DNA from: a virus
Direction: 5' to 3' (one strand)
Length of the DNA: 64,000 bases
Virus record (IMG/VR): IMGVR_UViG_3300005573_000054
Coordinates: 64,001-128,000 of that record
The translations under genes were made by a program, and so were the position numbers. Below the pieces are notes generated by a model, which was not told the origin of the DNA, ran no database searches, and saw only the letters and a list, made by a program, of their open reading frames with translations. Shown in pieces: positions 49,128-57,811 of this stretch. Position 1 is the stretch's first letter, and every line of letters begins with the position of its first letter.

Positions 49128-50066
49128 ATGGCTACTTTTTCAAGATTTCCCGTTCAGGTAGCATGGTCAGGATCTACGGAACCCGGAGATCCTCCCGATG
49201 GATTTGTCTGGATAGACACATCAGTAACACCCCCTATAGTAAAAATATGGGATGGTTCTAGATGGAGGATAATAGGAGGGTATGACGAATCTCTAATCAA
49301 ACATCCTTTACTGGTTAGCGATGTAGCTCCAGAACCACCTCCTAGAGGATATCTCTGGTGTGATACCTCTTTTCAGAATCCTGTAGTTAAAGTATGGAAT
49401 GGTACAAATTGGATTCCTATAAGTGGTAGTGGTGGTTCTCAGGGTTGTAATCTTTCTTATGTTAACCTCAATGAGGTCGATCCTGACGATCCTATTACTC
49501 TTAACCTATGTGAAACTGGTATCTTGTATTTTACGGAGAATAACATTTCTGCACGTATTCCAGTTATTATGGAACAAGGTAGTGTATTTGAGATGATAGT
49601 ATCGACTATGAAACCATGGACTTGGGATACGACTTCAACATTTATACTCAGGCCTGAAATGTCTCTACAAAGTTCTCCTTCAGTGCCAATTCATCTTTAC
49701 TATAAAGTTCTTAAACTGGATAATACTGTAGTAACAGAAATGGGAGCAATAAGTGACGACGTGACGCCGGGATTCGTATTAGGAAAAGGAGTTATTTTTG
49801 GAAAATATGTTTTTGGTAATGTTCGAAAGAGAAAATTTCTCCATGGTACATCTCAAGCATATTATTCCTCTCAGGCTCCAATAACATTCTTTGTATCATC
49901 AGAATGGGTAGATTATAATGAAGAATATACGTGGGAAGGAATAGGAGAGATTCTTGCTAAAGCTGATTATCAATCCGACACATTGTATAATTTATATAAT
50001 GGATTTCTTATAATACGAAAAATCGCTTCTAACGTTACTTATCCGTGGGTCTTTTCAGAATATTAA
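49128..50066 (+). CDS. Virion appendage protein with P..P..G..W.DTS repeats
   Basis: N-terminus is paralogous to those of 44973 and 51282. Confidence 0.65.
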   Translation: MATFSRFPVQVAWSGSTEPGDPPDGFVWIDTSVTPPIVKIWDGSRWRIIGGYDESLIKHPLLVSDVAPEPPPRGYLWCDTSFQNPVVKVWNGTNWIPISGSGGSQGCNLSYVNLNEVDPDDPITLNLCETGILYFTENNISARIPVIMEQGSVFEMIVSTMKPWTWDTTSTFILRPEMSLQSSPSVPIHLYYKVLKLDNTVVTEMGAISDDVTPGFVLGKGVIFGKYVFGNVRKRKFLHGTSQAYYSSQAPITFFVSSEWVDYNEEYTWEGIGEILAKADYQSDTLYNLYNGFLIIRKIASNVTYPWVFSEY

Positions 50067-50079
50067 AAGGAGATTTCCG

Positions 50080-51261
50080 ATGGCAATCCAAATTCAAAAC
50101 AGTGATAAAGTTGATATTCTCTTTGTGGGTAATACAGGGTATCCGTTTTCTCACTCTGGTGTCGGAACGTTTATACGGACACTTATTCAAGAAATGCCTT
50201 CATTGACGTTTGGCATTTTATCCTTGATGAGTGGTAACGCTTCTTCAATTATATGGGATCTTCCTGGAAATGTTCGTTTCGTGGCTTCACAAGAAGTTCC
50301 AAGAAGTTTGGAACCACATAAGATTTCAACTTCGGGTGTAGAAGATTTCATGAAGGAAACTATAAATGAAATCTTTCCCAAAATTTCTCCCAGAATAGTT
50401 CACGCAGTTTCACCAGAGTATTCTGGGTTGTTTGCAAAAACTCTTAAATTGAATCATAGTATTCCCGTTGTTTACACGGAACATTACGATATTATTCAGC
50501 TTAGGGAAGCAATGAAAGATCTTATAATAGAAGAGGATAGATCTACATTCGATCCTATTTTTGAAGAGTCGAGACGATGTCTATATAATTTTAGTGACAT
50601 CGTAGTACTTGTAGATAATGTTTCCATGGAGAAGTATTTGAAACTTGGTGGAAGAGAAGAAAAGGCTCGAGTAATCTCGAATGCTGTTAATGTTAACTTG
50701 TTTTCTCAATATGTGAAAGATTTTTCTGAAAAATCTAATGTGGTTGTTTATGTTTCAAGGTCTTCTCCTCACAAAAACATCGTTGATTTTATTCAAGTTA
50801 TCAAAATTCTTAATGAAAGAGATAGTTCAATAGAAGGTCTTCTTATCGGTATAGGAGAAAGAGAATCTTTACCTTATGAGTTTGTTAAAGTTATTCCTTT
50901 TACGAGTAATACTATTGAACAGCTTTCTAAAGCGAAAGTGTTCCTTTCAACTAGTAGATATGAAACGAATACTATTGCTGTTTTAGAAGCTTTAGCTTGT
51001 GGAGTTCCTTGTGTTTTAACAAATGTAGGTAGCCATGAAGAGATAATTTATGGAAAAACGATTGAGGATAAGCTTAAAGGTTATTGTGGGTTTATAGTAA
51101 GAGTCGGAGATATAGATCAGATGGTTGATTCAGTTTATAAGTTGTTAAATGATGAGAAGTTGTGGATGAAATATAGAGATGTTGGTCTACAAAGAGTTTC
51201 GTCTCAATACTCTATTGATAAAATGGTTTCAGAGTACTTAAAAGTATATACTTCGTTTTGA
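50080..51261 (+). CDS. GT-B fold (GT4) glycosyltransferase with a PelF-like N-terminus
   Basis: GYPF..SGV, YTEH, ISNAVN, KNI..F, S..E....AVLEALACGVPCVLTNVG. Confidence 0.88.
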   Translation: MAIQIQNSDKVDILFVGNTGYPFSHSGVGTFIRTLIQEMPSLTFGILSLMSGNASSIIWDLPGNVRFVASQEVPRSLEPHKISTSGVEDFMKETINEIFPKISPRIVHAVSPEYSGLFAKTLKLNHSIPVVYTEHYDIIQLREAMKDLIIEEDRSTFDPIFEESRRCLYNFSDIVVLVDNVSMEKYLKLGGREEKARVISNAVNVNLFSQYVKDFSEKSNVVVYVSRSSPHKNIVDFIQVIKILNERDSSIEGLLIGIGERESLPYEFVKVIPFTSNTIEQLSKAKVFLSTSRYETNTIAVLEALACGVPCVLTNVGSHEEIIYGKTIEDKLKGYCGFIVRVGDIDQMVDSVYKLLNDEKLWMKYRDVGLQRVSSQYSIDKMVSEYLKVYTSF

Positions 51262-51281
51262 TCAAAATAAGGAGTTAAAAG

Positions 51282-51704
51282 ATGTCAGGGTATACAAGAT
51301 ATCCAATACAAGCCGCGTGGACTGGTTCGGTACCTCCAGGAGAACCACCAGAGGGTGCTATCTGGGTAGATACATCTGAAGTTCCTTATGTAGTAAAGAT
51401 CTGGGATAGGACTCGCTGGAGAGTAATTAGTCAGATTCGACGCGAAGCCCTAAGAATTAGTTCGATACCTCCTGATTCTCCCGAAGTTGGAGATATATGG
51501 TGTGATGTTTCTTTACCCGTTCCAACCTTGAAGATTTGGGATGGTCAGGATTGGATCGATATTAGAAGTCATGTAGACGCGGAAACGTTGAATGGATTTC
51601 ATGCTTCGGAAGTTCCTCTACCGTATACAATACCCGTGTCAGGCTTCGATGGTTATATTACGTGGAACTGGTTGCCTCCTGTATTAGATGGAGGTCAATT
51701 ATAA
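51282..51704 (+). CDS. Small virion appendage protein
   Basis: Two P..P..G.IW.D repeats, DAETLNGFHAS, C-terminal LDGG. Confidence 0.65.
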   Translation: MSGYTRYPIQAAWTGSVPPGEPPEGAIWVDTSEVPYVVKIWDRTRWRVISQIRREALRISSIPPDSPEVGDIWCDVSLPVPTLKIWDGQDWIDIRSHVDAETLNGFHASEVPLPYTIPVSGFDGYITWNWLPPVLDGGQL

Positions 51705-51735
51705 AAAAGTATTTTTAGAAGGAGGATGATGAGTT

Positions 51736-52758
51736 ATGCCGAAAATTTTAATCAAAAGAGGGACAGTAGGTCCAGGTACTACTCTTGATCTAGGTGAATT
51801 GGCGTTCCGTCATGACACCAATGAACTGTTTATTGGTAAGGGTGTAGGTAATCAACCAGTAAAAGTTTCCACTTGGAAAGAGTATCACACAGATTTCTCT
51901 ATTCTGGTTGCTAATACCGCAGAAACTCCCGAGAGCATCACTATACCAACGAATACTGTTTTGGGTCGTACAACTGGTAGTATTACACCTCTGAGTGGTT
52001 CTGCTGTCTGGGATATTATTAATGGATACAACGAAACCAATATCAATGTTAACAGCAAAAGAATTACAAACCTTGCTAATCCCGTTAATGCTTCAGATGC
52101 TACCACAAAGTCTTATGTTGATAGCCTCGTTTCCGTAGGTCTTACTTTCCATGAAGCCGTTCTTACGAAGTCTCTATCTTCTCCACCTGCTAATCCAACA
52201 ACAGGGGCTCGTTACTGGATTGGTGAATCTCCTTCGGGGGATTGGTCTGGGCACGCATATCAGATTGCTACCTGGAATGGAACCGCATGGATATTTGAAG
52301 AGATGACCAAGGGTGATACAGCATACGTGATTGATGAGTCAGTGTTCTATTTCTATGATCCAGATGCTACAGGTGATAAGAGAAGACAACTTTATACGGG
52401 TATAGGTAACCACGCTGCAACACATCATGCAGGTGGTTCTGATCCTATCGATGTAAAAGACCTTGTTGATTCTGGTAACAACCTATTGTTCCACGCATTC
52501 TCTGCAAAGGGTCAGATTCTTGTAGGAACAGGAAATGGTACCTGGACTGCTCTTCCTGTTGGTTCTGATGGTCAATTTCTTGTAGCCGACTCAAATGAAG
52601 CCTCTGGAGTTAAATGGTCGACAAATGTATATACTACTTTCTTGAACCTAACTGACACACCATCATCATATACTGGTTCAGAAGGTTATTTTGTGAGAGT
52701 AAATTCTACTGGTACGGCCTTAGAGTTTGTTAATGTAATAGATGGTGGAACACTGTAA
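51736..52758 (+). CDS. Fibre/collar protein with an Mtd_N-like N-terminus
   Basis: ILIKRGT..GELAF..DT.ELFIG, RITNLANP...DATTKSYVD, IDGGTL end. Confidence 0.7.
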   Translation: MPKILIKRGTVGPGTTLDLGELAFRHDTNELFIGKGVGNQPVKVSTWKEYHTDFSILVANTAETPESITIPTNTVLGRTTGSITPLSGSAVWDIINGYNETNINVNSKRITNLANPVNASDATTKSYVDSLVSVGLTFHEAVLTKSLSSPPANPTTGARYWIGESPSGDWSGHAYQIATWNGTAWIFEEMTKGDTAYVIDESVFYFYDPDATGDKRRQLYTGIGNHAATHHAGGSDPIDVKDLVDSGNNLLFHAFSAKGQILVGTGNGTWTALPVGSDGQFLVADSNEASGVKWSTNVYTTFLNLTDTPSSYTGSEGYFVRVNSTGTALEFVNVIDGGTL

Positions 52759-52773
52759 TCTTTAACGTTAAAA

Positions 52774-52808
52774 CAACCTGCTATCTTTATTTGTAAGGTA
52801 GCAGGTTG
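52774..52808. terminator. Intergenic stem-loop
   Basis: CAACCTGCTATCTT ... AAGGTAGCAGGTTG; no + strand U tail. Confidence 0.55.
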
Positions 52809-52892
52809 AAAAATCTCCAATCACTCTATCAAAAAATTACATAACCATGTTACGCAAAAACATAAATTCACTTTTAATAAGGAGTTTTCAAA

Positions 52893-53324
52893 ATGAAAGA
52901 AAGTATGGAAGAAGGAGTAGTTGCGACTATAATAAGTGATGAAAATGAGAAAGCTGTTCTCTCTGTCGATGATTTGATAATGAAGATAGGAACTCTTACT
53001 GTAGAAAAGTTGGAACTTGAAAAGAAAATAAGCCAGGTTTCTAAGACTTACACCGAGATTATAGAAAAATTGACACAGACAACTAAAGACTTCGAGTTGA
53101 AAAAACAAGAGTATCAGAATTTAATGTCTAAGTATAGTGAGGCGATTGAACAGTTAGATCAGGAAAAACGGAAAACTAATTCTCTCAATAAAGAAGTTGA
53201 GAGATTGAATAGTGAAAATAAACGTCTTCGAGAAGAGAACTCTCAACTTTCAGAGATAATACAGAATCGACAACAACAAATCTCAAGTCTCGAAGAAAAC
53301 ATACGTAAATTAGAACAAAGATAA
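52893..53324 (+). CDS. Coiled-coil hypothetical protein
   Basis: Heptad-like E/K/Q/L-rich sequence with an RBS. Confidence 0.65.
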   Translation: MKESMEEGVVATIISDENEKAVLSVDDLIMKIGTLTVEKLELEKKISQVSKTYTEIIEKLTQTTKDFELKKQEYQNLMSKYSEAIEQLDQEKRKTNSLNKEVERLNSENKRLREENSQLSEIIQNRQQQISSLEENIRKLEQR

Positions 53325-53355
53325 AAAAATAAAACCATATGGAAGGACTCAAATC

Positions 53356-53724
53356 ATGAAAGGAAAAATCCAAATCTTTGAGTTCTGGTCGAAAGAAGTT
53401 GGAAATATGAATATTGTGACTAAGTTTTTGGTAGATCTAGTTCAACGCATAGGAATGACCCCTCATGGATATCCTCAGGTTATTCCTTATCCTAAAGAAA
53501 ATTTAGGGAATACTGTGATTAGTTCTTTTGTGGCTTATCAACCACTATATGAAAGTTATGTTGTTTTCGATAATTGGGTTGATTTAAATTATGCGAATCT
53601 TGTTGTAAATTCTTGTAAAGACTATGATTCTAGTATTGTTGAGCAAACTATTATAGAACACTTTGCTTGTGAGGAAGTGAGGTCACTAGAACCAGTATTC
53701 TATACTGGAGAAAAGGAAGTTTGA
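53356..53724 (+). CDS. Divergent AdoMet-decarboxylase-fold protein
   Basis: FL..L...IGMT..G.P, LYESYV..D.W, NSCKDYD align by eye with IGMT, AESHI and FSCKEF of 5411..5836. Confidence 0.6.
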   Translation: MKGKIQIFEFWSKEVGNMNIVTKFLVDLVQRIGMTPHGYPQVIPYPKENLGNTVISSFVAYQPLYESYVVFDNWVDLNYANLVVNSCKDYDSSIVEQTIIEHFACEEVRSLEPVFYTGEKEV

Positions 53725-53743
53725 AAGTTCCTTTGGTAAAAAA

Positions 53744-53756
53744 GAACAAAAAAGAT
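53744..53756 (+). promoter_or_regulatory. GAACAWA-N3-5-GAK motif
   Basis: GAACAAA AAA GAT. Confidence 0.4.
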
Positions 53757-53801
53757 ATGATCATATGACAAAATCAATTAAAACAGAGGAGGAGTTTTAA
53801 C

Positions 53802-54122
53802 ATGAAGTGTACATTTGTTGATGTTGTCAATCTTTCATTAGAAAGACGTTCACAGTCATGGCAGGATTTTCGTCAACTTAAGATGTCCACACAACAGGCA
53901 GTAAAGATTGTTCGTCTTCTTTCTGAAGTAAACAAGAAGGCGGAAGAGTTTGATAAAATGCGACAAGAGATTATAGAAAACGAATCAATTACCGATAAAG
54001 CAGCTGCTATTAATGAGCTTTTACTTCAGGAGGTTGAAATTGACTCTGGTTACATTGAACTTCCTGAGGAGGCTCCGTTTTCAGTAATCGAAGTGTTAGC
54101 ACCATTTTCCAAACAAGATTAA
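53802..54122 (+). CDS. Hypothetical protein
   Basis: 106-aa ORF with a GAGGAGGAG RBS. Confidence 0.65.
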   Translation: MKCTFVDVVNLSLERRSQSWQDFRQLKMSTQQAVKIVRLLSEVNKKAEEFDKMRQEIIENESITDKAAAINELLLQEVEIDSGYIELPEEAPFSVIEVLAPFSKQD

Positions 54123-54137
54123 ATAGAATATTATTAG

Positions 54138-54172
54138 AGAATAATGTGCCCTTCCAGGCGCATTATTCTTTT
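54138..54172 (+). terminator. Intrinsic terminator
   Basis: AGAATAATGTGCC-cttcca-GGCGCATTATTCT followed by TTT. Confidence 0.7.
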
Positions 54173-54197
54173 CTGTTCTCGCCTTTGTTAAACATTT

Positions 54198-54211
54198 GAA
54201 CAAATATCGAT
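54198..54211 (+). promoter_or_regulatory. GAACAWA-N3-5-GAK motif
   Basis: GAACAAA TATC GAT, just after a terminator. Confidence 0.45.
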
Positions 54212-54243
54212 AAGTTTTTATCTTTTTAACTGGGGGAATCCGA

Positions 54244-54570
54244 ATGCCTATCTCTTTAACAAGTGGTATCTTGGCTGCAGCGAAACCTACAGCAAATAGC
54301 TTCCAAGATTTGTGGACTTGTCCTTCTGGAAAAAGCGGAACATTTTCTATTTACGTCTCCAATTTGGGGAGCAATTCTTGTGAAATTTTTATAAGAGCGG
54401 TAAAGTCAGGAGATACTCCTGGAGATCAGCATGTAATCCTCCATACAGTGATGCCTGGAGTTAGCTCGTGGAATCTTACAGGTATTGCTTTAGGCTCTGG
54501 TGATAAGATTCAAGTAATGTCTAATACCGGTAACACGAGTTTTGTTCTTATGGGTGTGTTAACATCGTAG
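54244..54570 (+). CDS. Small beta-rich virion protein
   Basis: LWTCPSG..VSN..GIALGSGDKIQV..SF.L.G pattern resembles phage structural accessory proteins. Confidence 0.6.
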   Translation: MPISLTSGILAAAKPTANSFQDLWTCPSGKSGTFSIYVSNLGSNSCEIFIRAVKSGDTPGDQHVILHTVMPGVSSWNLTGIALGSGDKIQVMSNTGNTSFVLMGVLTS

Positions 54571-54582
54571 TGAGGTGATATT

Positions 54583-54906
54583 ATGTCTGTGTTGATTCCC
54601 CTTTTTAACTGCTACGTATCTCAAACTCCGCCTCCTCAAGCCGTTTTGGGAACTCTATGGCTTGATACAAACACCAACGAATTCAAGGTCTGTACCAACC
54701 CTGACACTAATACTTGGTATGTTATCGATATCGACGTATCCAATACTCCACCACCAAATCCCAGTATTGGAGATTTGTTTGTCAATACTTCGTATTCACC
54801 ACCTCTTCTAGAGATATATTTAGGTCCAAGTTCAGGTTGGGTAGTAATTTCAAATGAATATAATGAGATACAGTCAATAGCGTTAAACTTTTTCTGTATT
54901 TCTTAA
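54583..54906 (+). CDS. Small virion protein with P..P..G.LW.DT repeats
   Basis: Two repeats similar to those in 44973, 49128 and 51282. Confidence 0.6.
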   Translation: MSVLIPLFNCYVSQTPPPQAVLGTLWLDTNTNEFKVCTNPDTNTWYVIDIDVSNTPPPNPSIGDLFVNTSYSPPLLEIYLGPSSGWVVISNEYNEIQSIALNFFCIS

Positions 54907-54918
54907 AAAGGAACTAAT

Positions 54919-55221
54919 ATGTCACTACCAGAAGATGTTGAAAAGATAATTAAAGGTCATTTTGAGTCTTGTGAAAATAAGTTTAGACTCATAGTTTCGG
55001 AAGCTATTGATTCGAAATTAGTAAGAGTTAATGATACAAAAGTAGATGTTGATATTTGTAGAACGAAACACGAAGCAGTTCACGCAAAAATTGATTCTCT
55101 TAAAGAAGAAATCCGTGAGTTGCAAACTCACGTGAAGAAAACAAATTTTATGTTAATATCAACTCTTATAGGTTTTATATTATCTCTTATTATGAATGTT
55201 TTTAGTAGACTTTTAAAATAA
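54919..55221 (+). CDS. Coiled-coil protein with a C-terminal TM helix
   Basis: Hydrophobic MLISTLIGFILSLIMNVF. Confidence 0.6.
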   Translation: MSLPEDVEKIIKGHFESCENKFRLIVSEAIDSKLVRVNDTKVDVDICRTKHEAVHAKIDSLKEEIRELQTHVKKTNFMLISTLIGFILSLIMNVFSRLLK

Positions 55222-55229
55222 AAAAAGGA

Positions 55230-55436
55230 GTGTATCTCTTGGATGCTCAAGCTAAATCTTTAGATTCACACTCACTAGAAGCTAGTTTAGACGAGTTAAA
55301 CAAAAAAATTCTTACCACAATAGATGATATACAGAAAGACCTCAAGCGTCTTAAATTCAGATTAAAAATAATAAGAATATCTTCGTTTTCTCTTAATATT
55401 GCTTATTGTATTATGTTAATTAAAATGTTTTTCTAA
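55230..55436 (+). CDS. Small coiled-coil/TM hypothetical protein
   Basis: 68-aa ORF, similar architecture to the preceding gene. Confidence 0.45.
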   Translation: MYLLDAQAKSLDSHSLEASLDELNKKILTTIDDIQKDLKRLKFRLKIIRISSFSLNIAYCIMLIKMFF

Positions 55437-55475
55437 TTTTACTAAACTCTCAATTAACAATAAGGAGAAACCCAT

Positions 55476-56213
55476 ATGTCCAAATTCGACCATCTCCGGT
55501 ATAAAGACGTGTTACTTTGGCTTCAATATGTAGTTGATCATCTTCAGGATTCAGAGTCATACAGGAAAGGACTCGCAAAAGAGCTTTTATACAACTATTA
55601 CCCCAAAGATGTCGTCGAAGAAGGTTTTTTTGACAAAGGTCCCACAATAGAGACTATCCTCGTGGACTTCTATGATAATACCCTATCAAAATTTCCTCCT
55701 GTAGTCGATCTTGTACTTCTTGAGTCTGTGTTGTTATTCGGAAGTAGGTGGAGTGAGAGACCTATTCTTAGAGCACTAACTCAGTGTATTAACTATAAGA
55801 AGCTTGATGATCCCATGTTTTCAAAAGACTTTTCTCGAAAAGAAAAGGTTGTTGATCCTGAGATAATCTCGTTTTTATGGAATCTTTCTTTGAAAGACAG
55901 GTTCATCTTTTGTATCTTATGTCTCAGTGAATATCTCACTACTACTTCATATCTAATTAAAATCGGGAAAAGAACTTCTTCAGATCTAATAAAAATAATT
56001 GGATATAAAATTACTTCATTAAAGAAGTATCTTTTTGAAAGATTCATTTCGTCGAAAAATTTCGCAGAAATTCGTCAAAACTTTTTATATAAAGAAGGTC
56101 TCCTTGAAACTCCAGGAGTTCCTATAGTAAACGATTTTATTGACAACAACGTTATTGACCAAGAGAACTCTTCTCAAGATCCAGATTTTTCAAAGTTTTT
56201 CCAAAATTCTTAA
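55476..56213 (+). CDS. Hypothetical protein
   Basis: 245-aa ORF with an AAGGAG RBS. Confidence 0.65.
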   Translation: MSKFDHLRYKDVLLWLQYVVDHLQDSESYRKGLAKELLYNYYPKDVVEEGFFDKGPTIETILVDFYDNTLSKFPPVVDLVLLESVLLFGSRWSERPILRALTQCINYKKLDDPMFSKDFSRKEKVVDPEIISFLWNLSLKDRFIFCILCLSEYLTTTSYLIKIGKRTSSDLIKIIGYKITSLKKYLFERFISSKNFAEIRQNFLYKEGLLETPGVPIVNDFIDNNVIDQENSSQDPDFSKFFQNS

Positions 56214-56234
56214 TAAACAACAAGGAGGTTTCTT

Positions 56235-57110
56235 ATGACATTGCCCAGTACCCCATTGTTTTCTCCAGACGTTCTAAAAAGCTTTGAATACCCAAAATAT
56301 GAAGTTCTTCTTCCGGGATTCAAACAACAGAAGACAGTACTCGTCACAAGTCTTCTTATCAAAGATGAAATGGAACTATCTTCTATTTCTACAGTAACGG
56401 AACACAAGTGGTTTGAAGAAATATGTAGGCTTGCGTTTAATAAGATTGTTGAAGGAAGAAAAGAGTTGTTCCCTTTAGGGTATGATCAGTTTCTTGAGAT
56501 GTGTAGCATTGACGATAGAGATGCGTTGCTCTTGGGAATTATTCATGCGACGTATGGAAACGACTTAAGTATCACCTTTAACTGTAATTCATGTTCTACT
56601 CCCAACGAACTGAAATTTCCTTTGAGTGAGTGTGTTCAAGTGACTCTACCTAAAATCCCTGAAGGAGTTGAGAAATATACCGATGTTACAACGTCCTTCG
56701 AGATGGACGTTCCTTTTCACGTAAAAGCTACATTGAAAGTTCCCTCTCTTATAGAGTATAAGAGGTGTCTGGAATATGTGGATAAAGTTTGTTCCTCTGA
56801 GAGCAAGAGGAGAGGATTTATGGCAAGTATTTTTCCCATGTTGACATGTCTACAGAGCCTTGAACTGCAAAGCACTGATCTGAACATTCCCAGTATTCAA
56901 CTCTCAAAGAATAATATGATTGACCTGGTTTCCCACTTATTGTCAATGCCAAAAAATTTTAAGAAGACCTTTTCATCAAAGATACGTGAGATAAATCCTG
57001 AAGACGTTGGAATTAAATTGCAGATGAAATTTACTTGTAGAGAGTGTGGAACCCTGAATGATGTTTCTCTTACGATTGTTGACCTTTTTTTCCAAATGAT
57101 CCTAAGTTAG
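56235..57110 (+). CDS. Baseplate hub/tail assembly chaperone (T4 gp26-like)
   Basis: Y.V.LP, DRDALLL.I...TYG, CNSC, CREC, C-terminal DLFF. Confidence 0.75.
   Translation: MTLPSTPLFSPDVLKSFEYPKYEVLLPGFKQQKTVLVTSLLIKDEMELSSISTVTEHKWFEEICRLAFNKIVEGRKELFPLGYDQFLEMCSIDDRDALLLGIIHATYGNDLSITFNCNSCSTPNELKFPLSECVQVTLPKIPEGVEKYTDVTTSFEMDVPFHVKATLKVPSLIEYKRCLEYVDKVCSSESKRRGFMASIFPMLTCLQSLELQSTDLNIPSIQLSKNNMIDLVSHLLSMPKNFKKTFSSKIREINPEDVGIKLQMKFTCRECGTLNDVSLTIVDLFFQMILS
57086..57092 (+). other. Putative -1 ribosomal frameshift heptamer T TTT TTC
   Basis: Correctly phased in the 56235 ORF; the -1 frame is open and joins 57131..57334. Confidence 0.7.
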
Positions 57111-57130
57111 CTAAGGAAAAGATATATAAT

Positions 57131-57334
57131 GTGTTTGAGATGGTAGCTTCCTTTCAGAAGTTAACTCAAACTACTTTCTCTGATATACTTTTTTTACCAG
57201 TCCCGTTTTTGACGACTATAAGTGATATCATAGTTAAGCGTGAGAAAGTCCTCCTTGAGCAACTAGAGAAAATCACAGAACAGAGAAAGTCTTCCTCGAA
57301 AGAAGTTAATAGATTGACAGCTCTTGGTTTGTAG
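57131..57334 (+). CDS. Frameshift extension (gpT/gp51-like) of the tail chaperone
   Basis: FSDILFLPV motif; lies in the -1 frame relative to the upstream gene. Confidence 0.65.
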   Translation: MFEMVASFQKLTQTTFSDILFLPVPFLTTISDIIVKREKVLLEQLEKITEQRKSSSKEVNRLTALGL

Positions 57335-57347
57335 AGATCTAATTTTT

Positions 57348-57362
57348 GAACAAACGAAAGAG
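57348..57362 (+). promoter_or_regulatory. GAACAWA-N3-5-GAK motif
   Basis: GAACAAA CGAAA GAG. Confidence 0.45.
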
Positions 57363-57391
57363 CTTATGTCAAACTTCTCGGGGTAGAGTTC

Positions 57392-57805
57392 GTGGATATT
57401 TTTGAAGAAAATTCTCCTATAAAATTAGCAAGAGTTTCAGAGTTTAAATCTCCAATATACGATTATCTTACACTCTTTGAAGTAGACGCTGTTATAGACC
57501 ACATCCTTAAAATACTCTCTTGTCCTAAGGGGACTTATGTCTTTGATCCCGAGTTCGGATCTGATCTTCTTACCTACGTCTTTCAACCCCTTGATGAACT
57601 AACGATTACTTCTATTAAAAAAGAAGTTGAAAGAGTAATAAAATCTCATTCGAGAATATCTACTTTTTCTGTTATCGTAACTCCTAATATTACAGCAAAC
57701 AAGGTTGATATAGATATTACTCTAACGTTCTCTACTGGTCAGACGAGAAACGTTGGACTAGTTGTTAACAGAAACGCTCAGTCCATCTCTGTCTTAGGAG
57801 TATAA
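57392..57805 (+). CDS. Baseplate wedge/sheath initiator (gp25-like)
   Basis: IL.CPKGT..FDPEFGSDL..YVFQPLD. Confidence 0.88.
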   Translation: MDIFEENSPIKLARVSEFKSPIYDYLTLFEVDAVIDHILKILSCPKGTYVFDPEFGSDLLTYVFQPLDELTITSIKKEVERVIKSHSRISTFSVIVTPNITANKVDIDITLTFSTGQTRNVGLVVNRNAQSISVLGV

Positions 57806-57811
57806 TATTTA

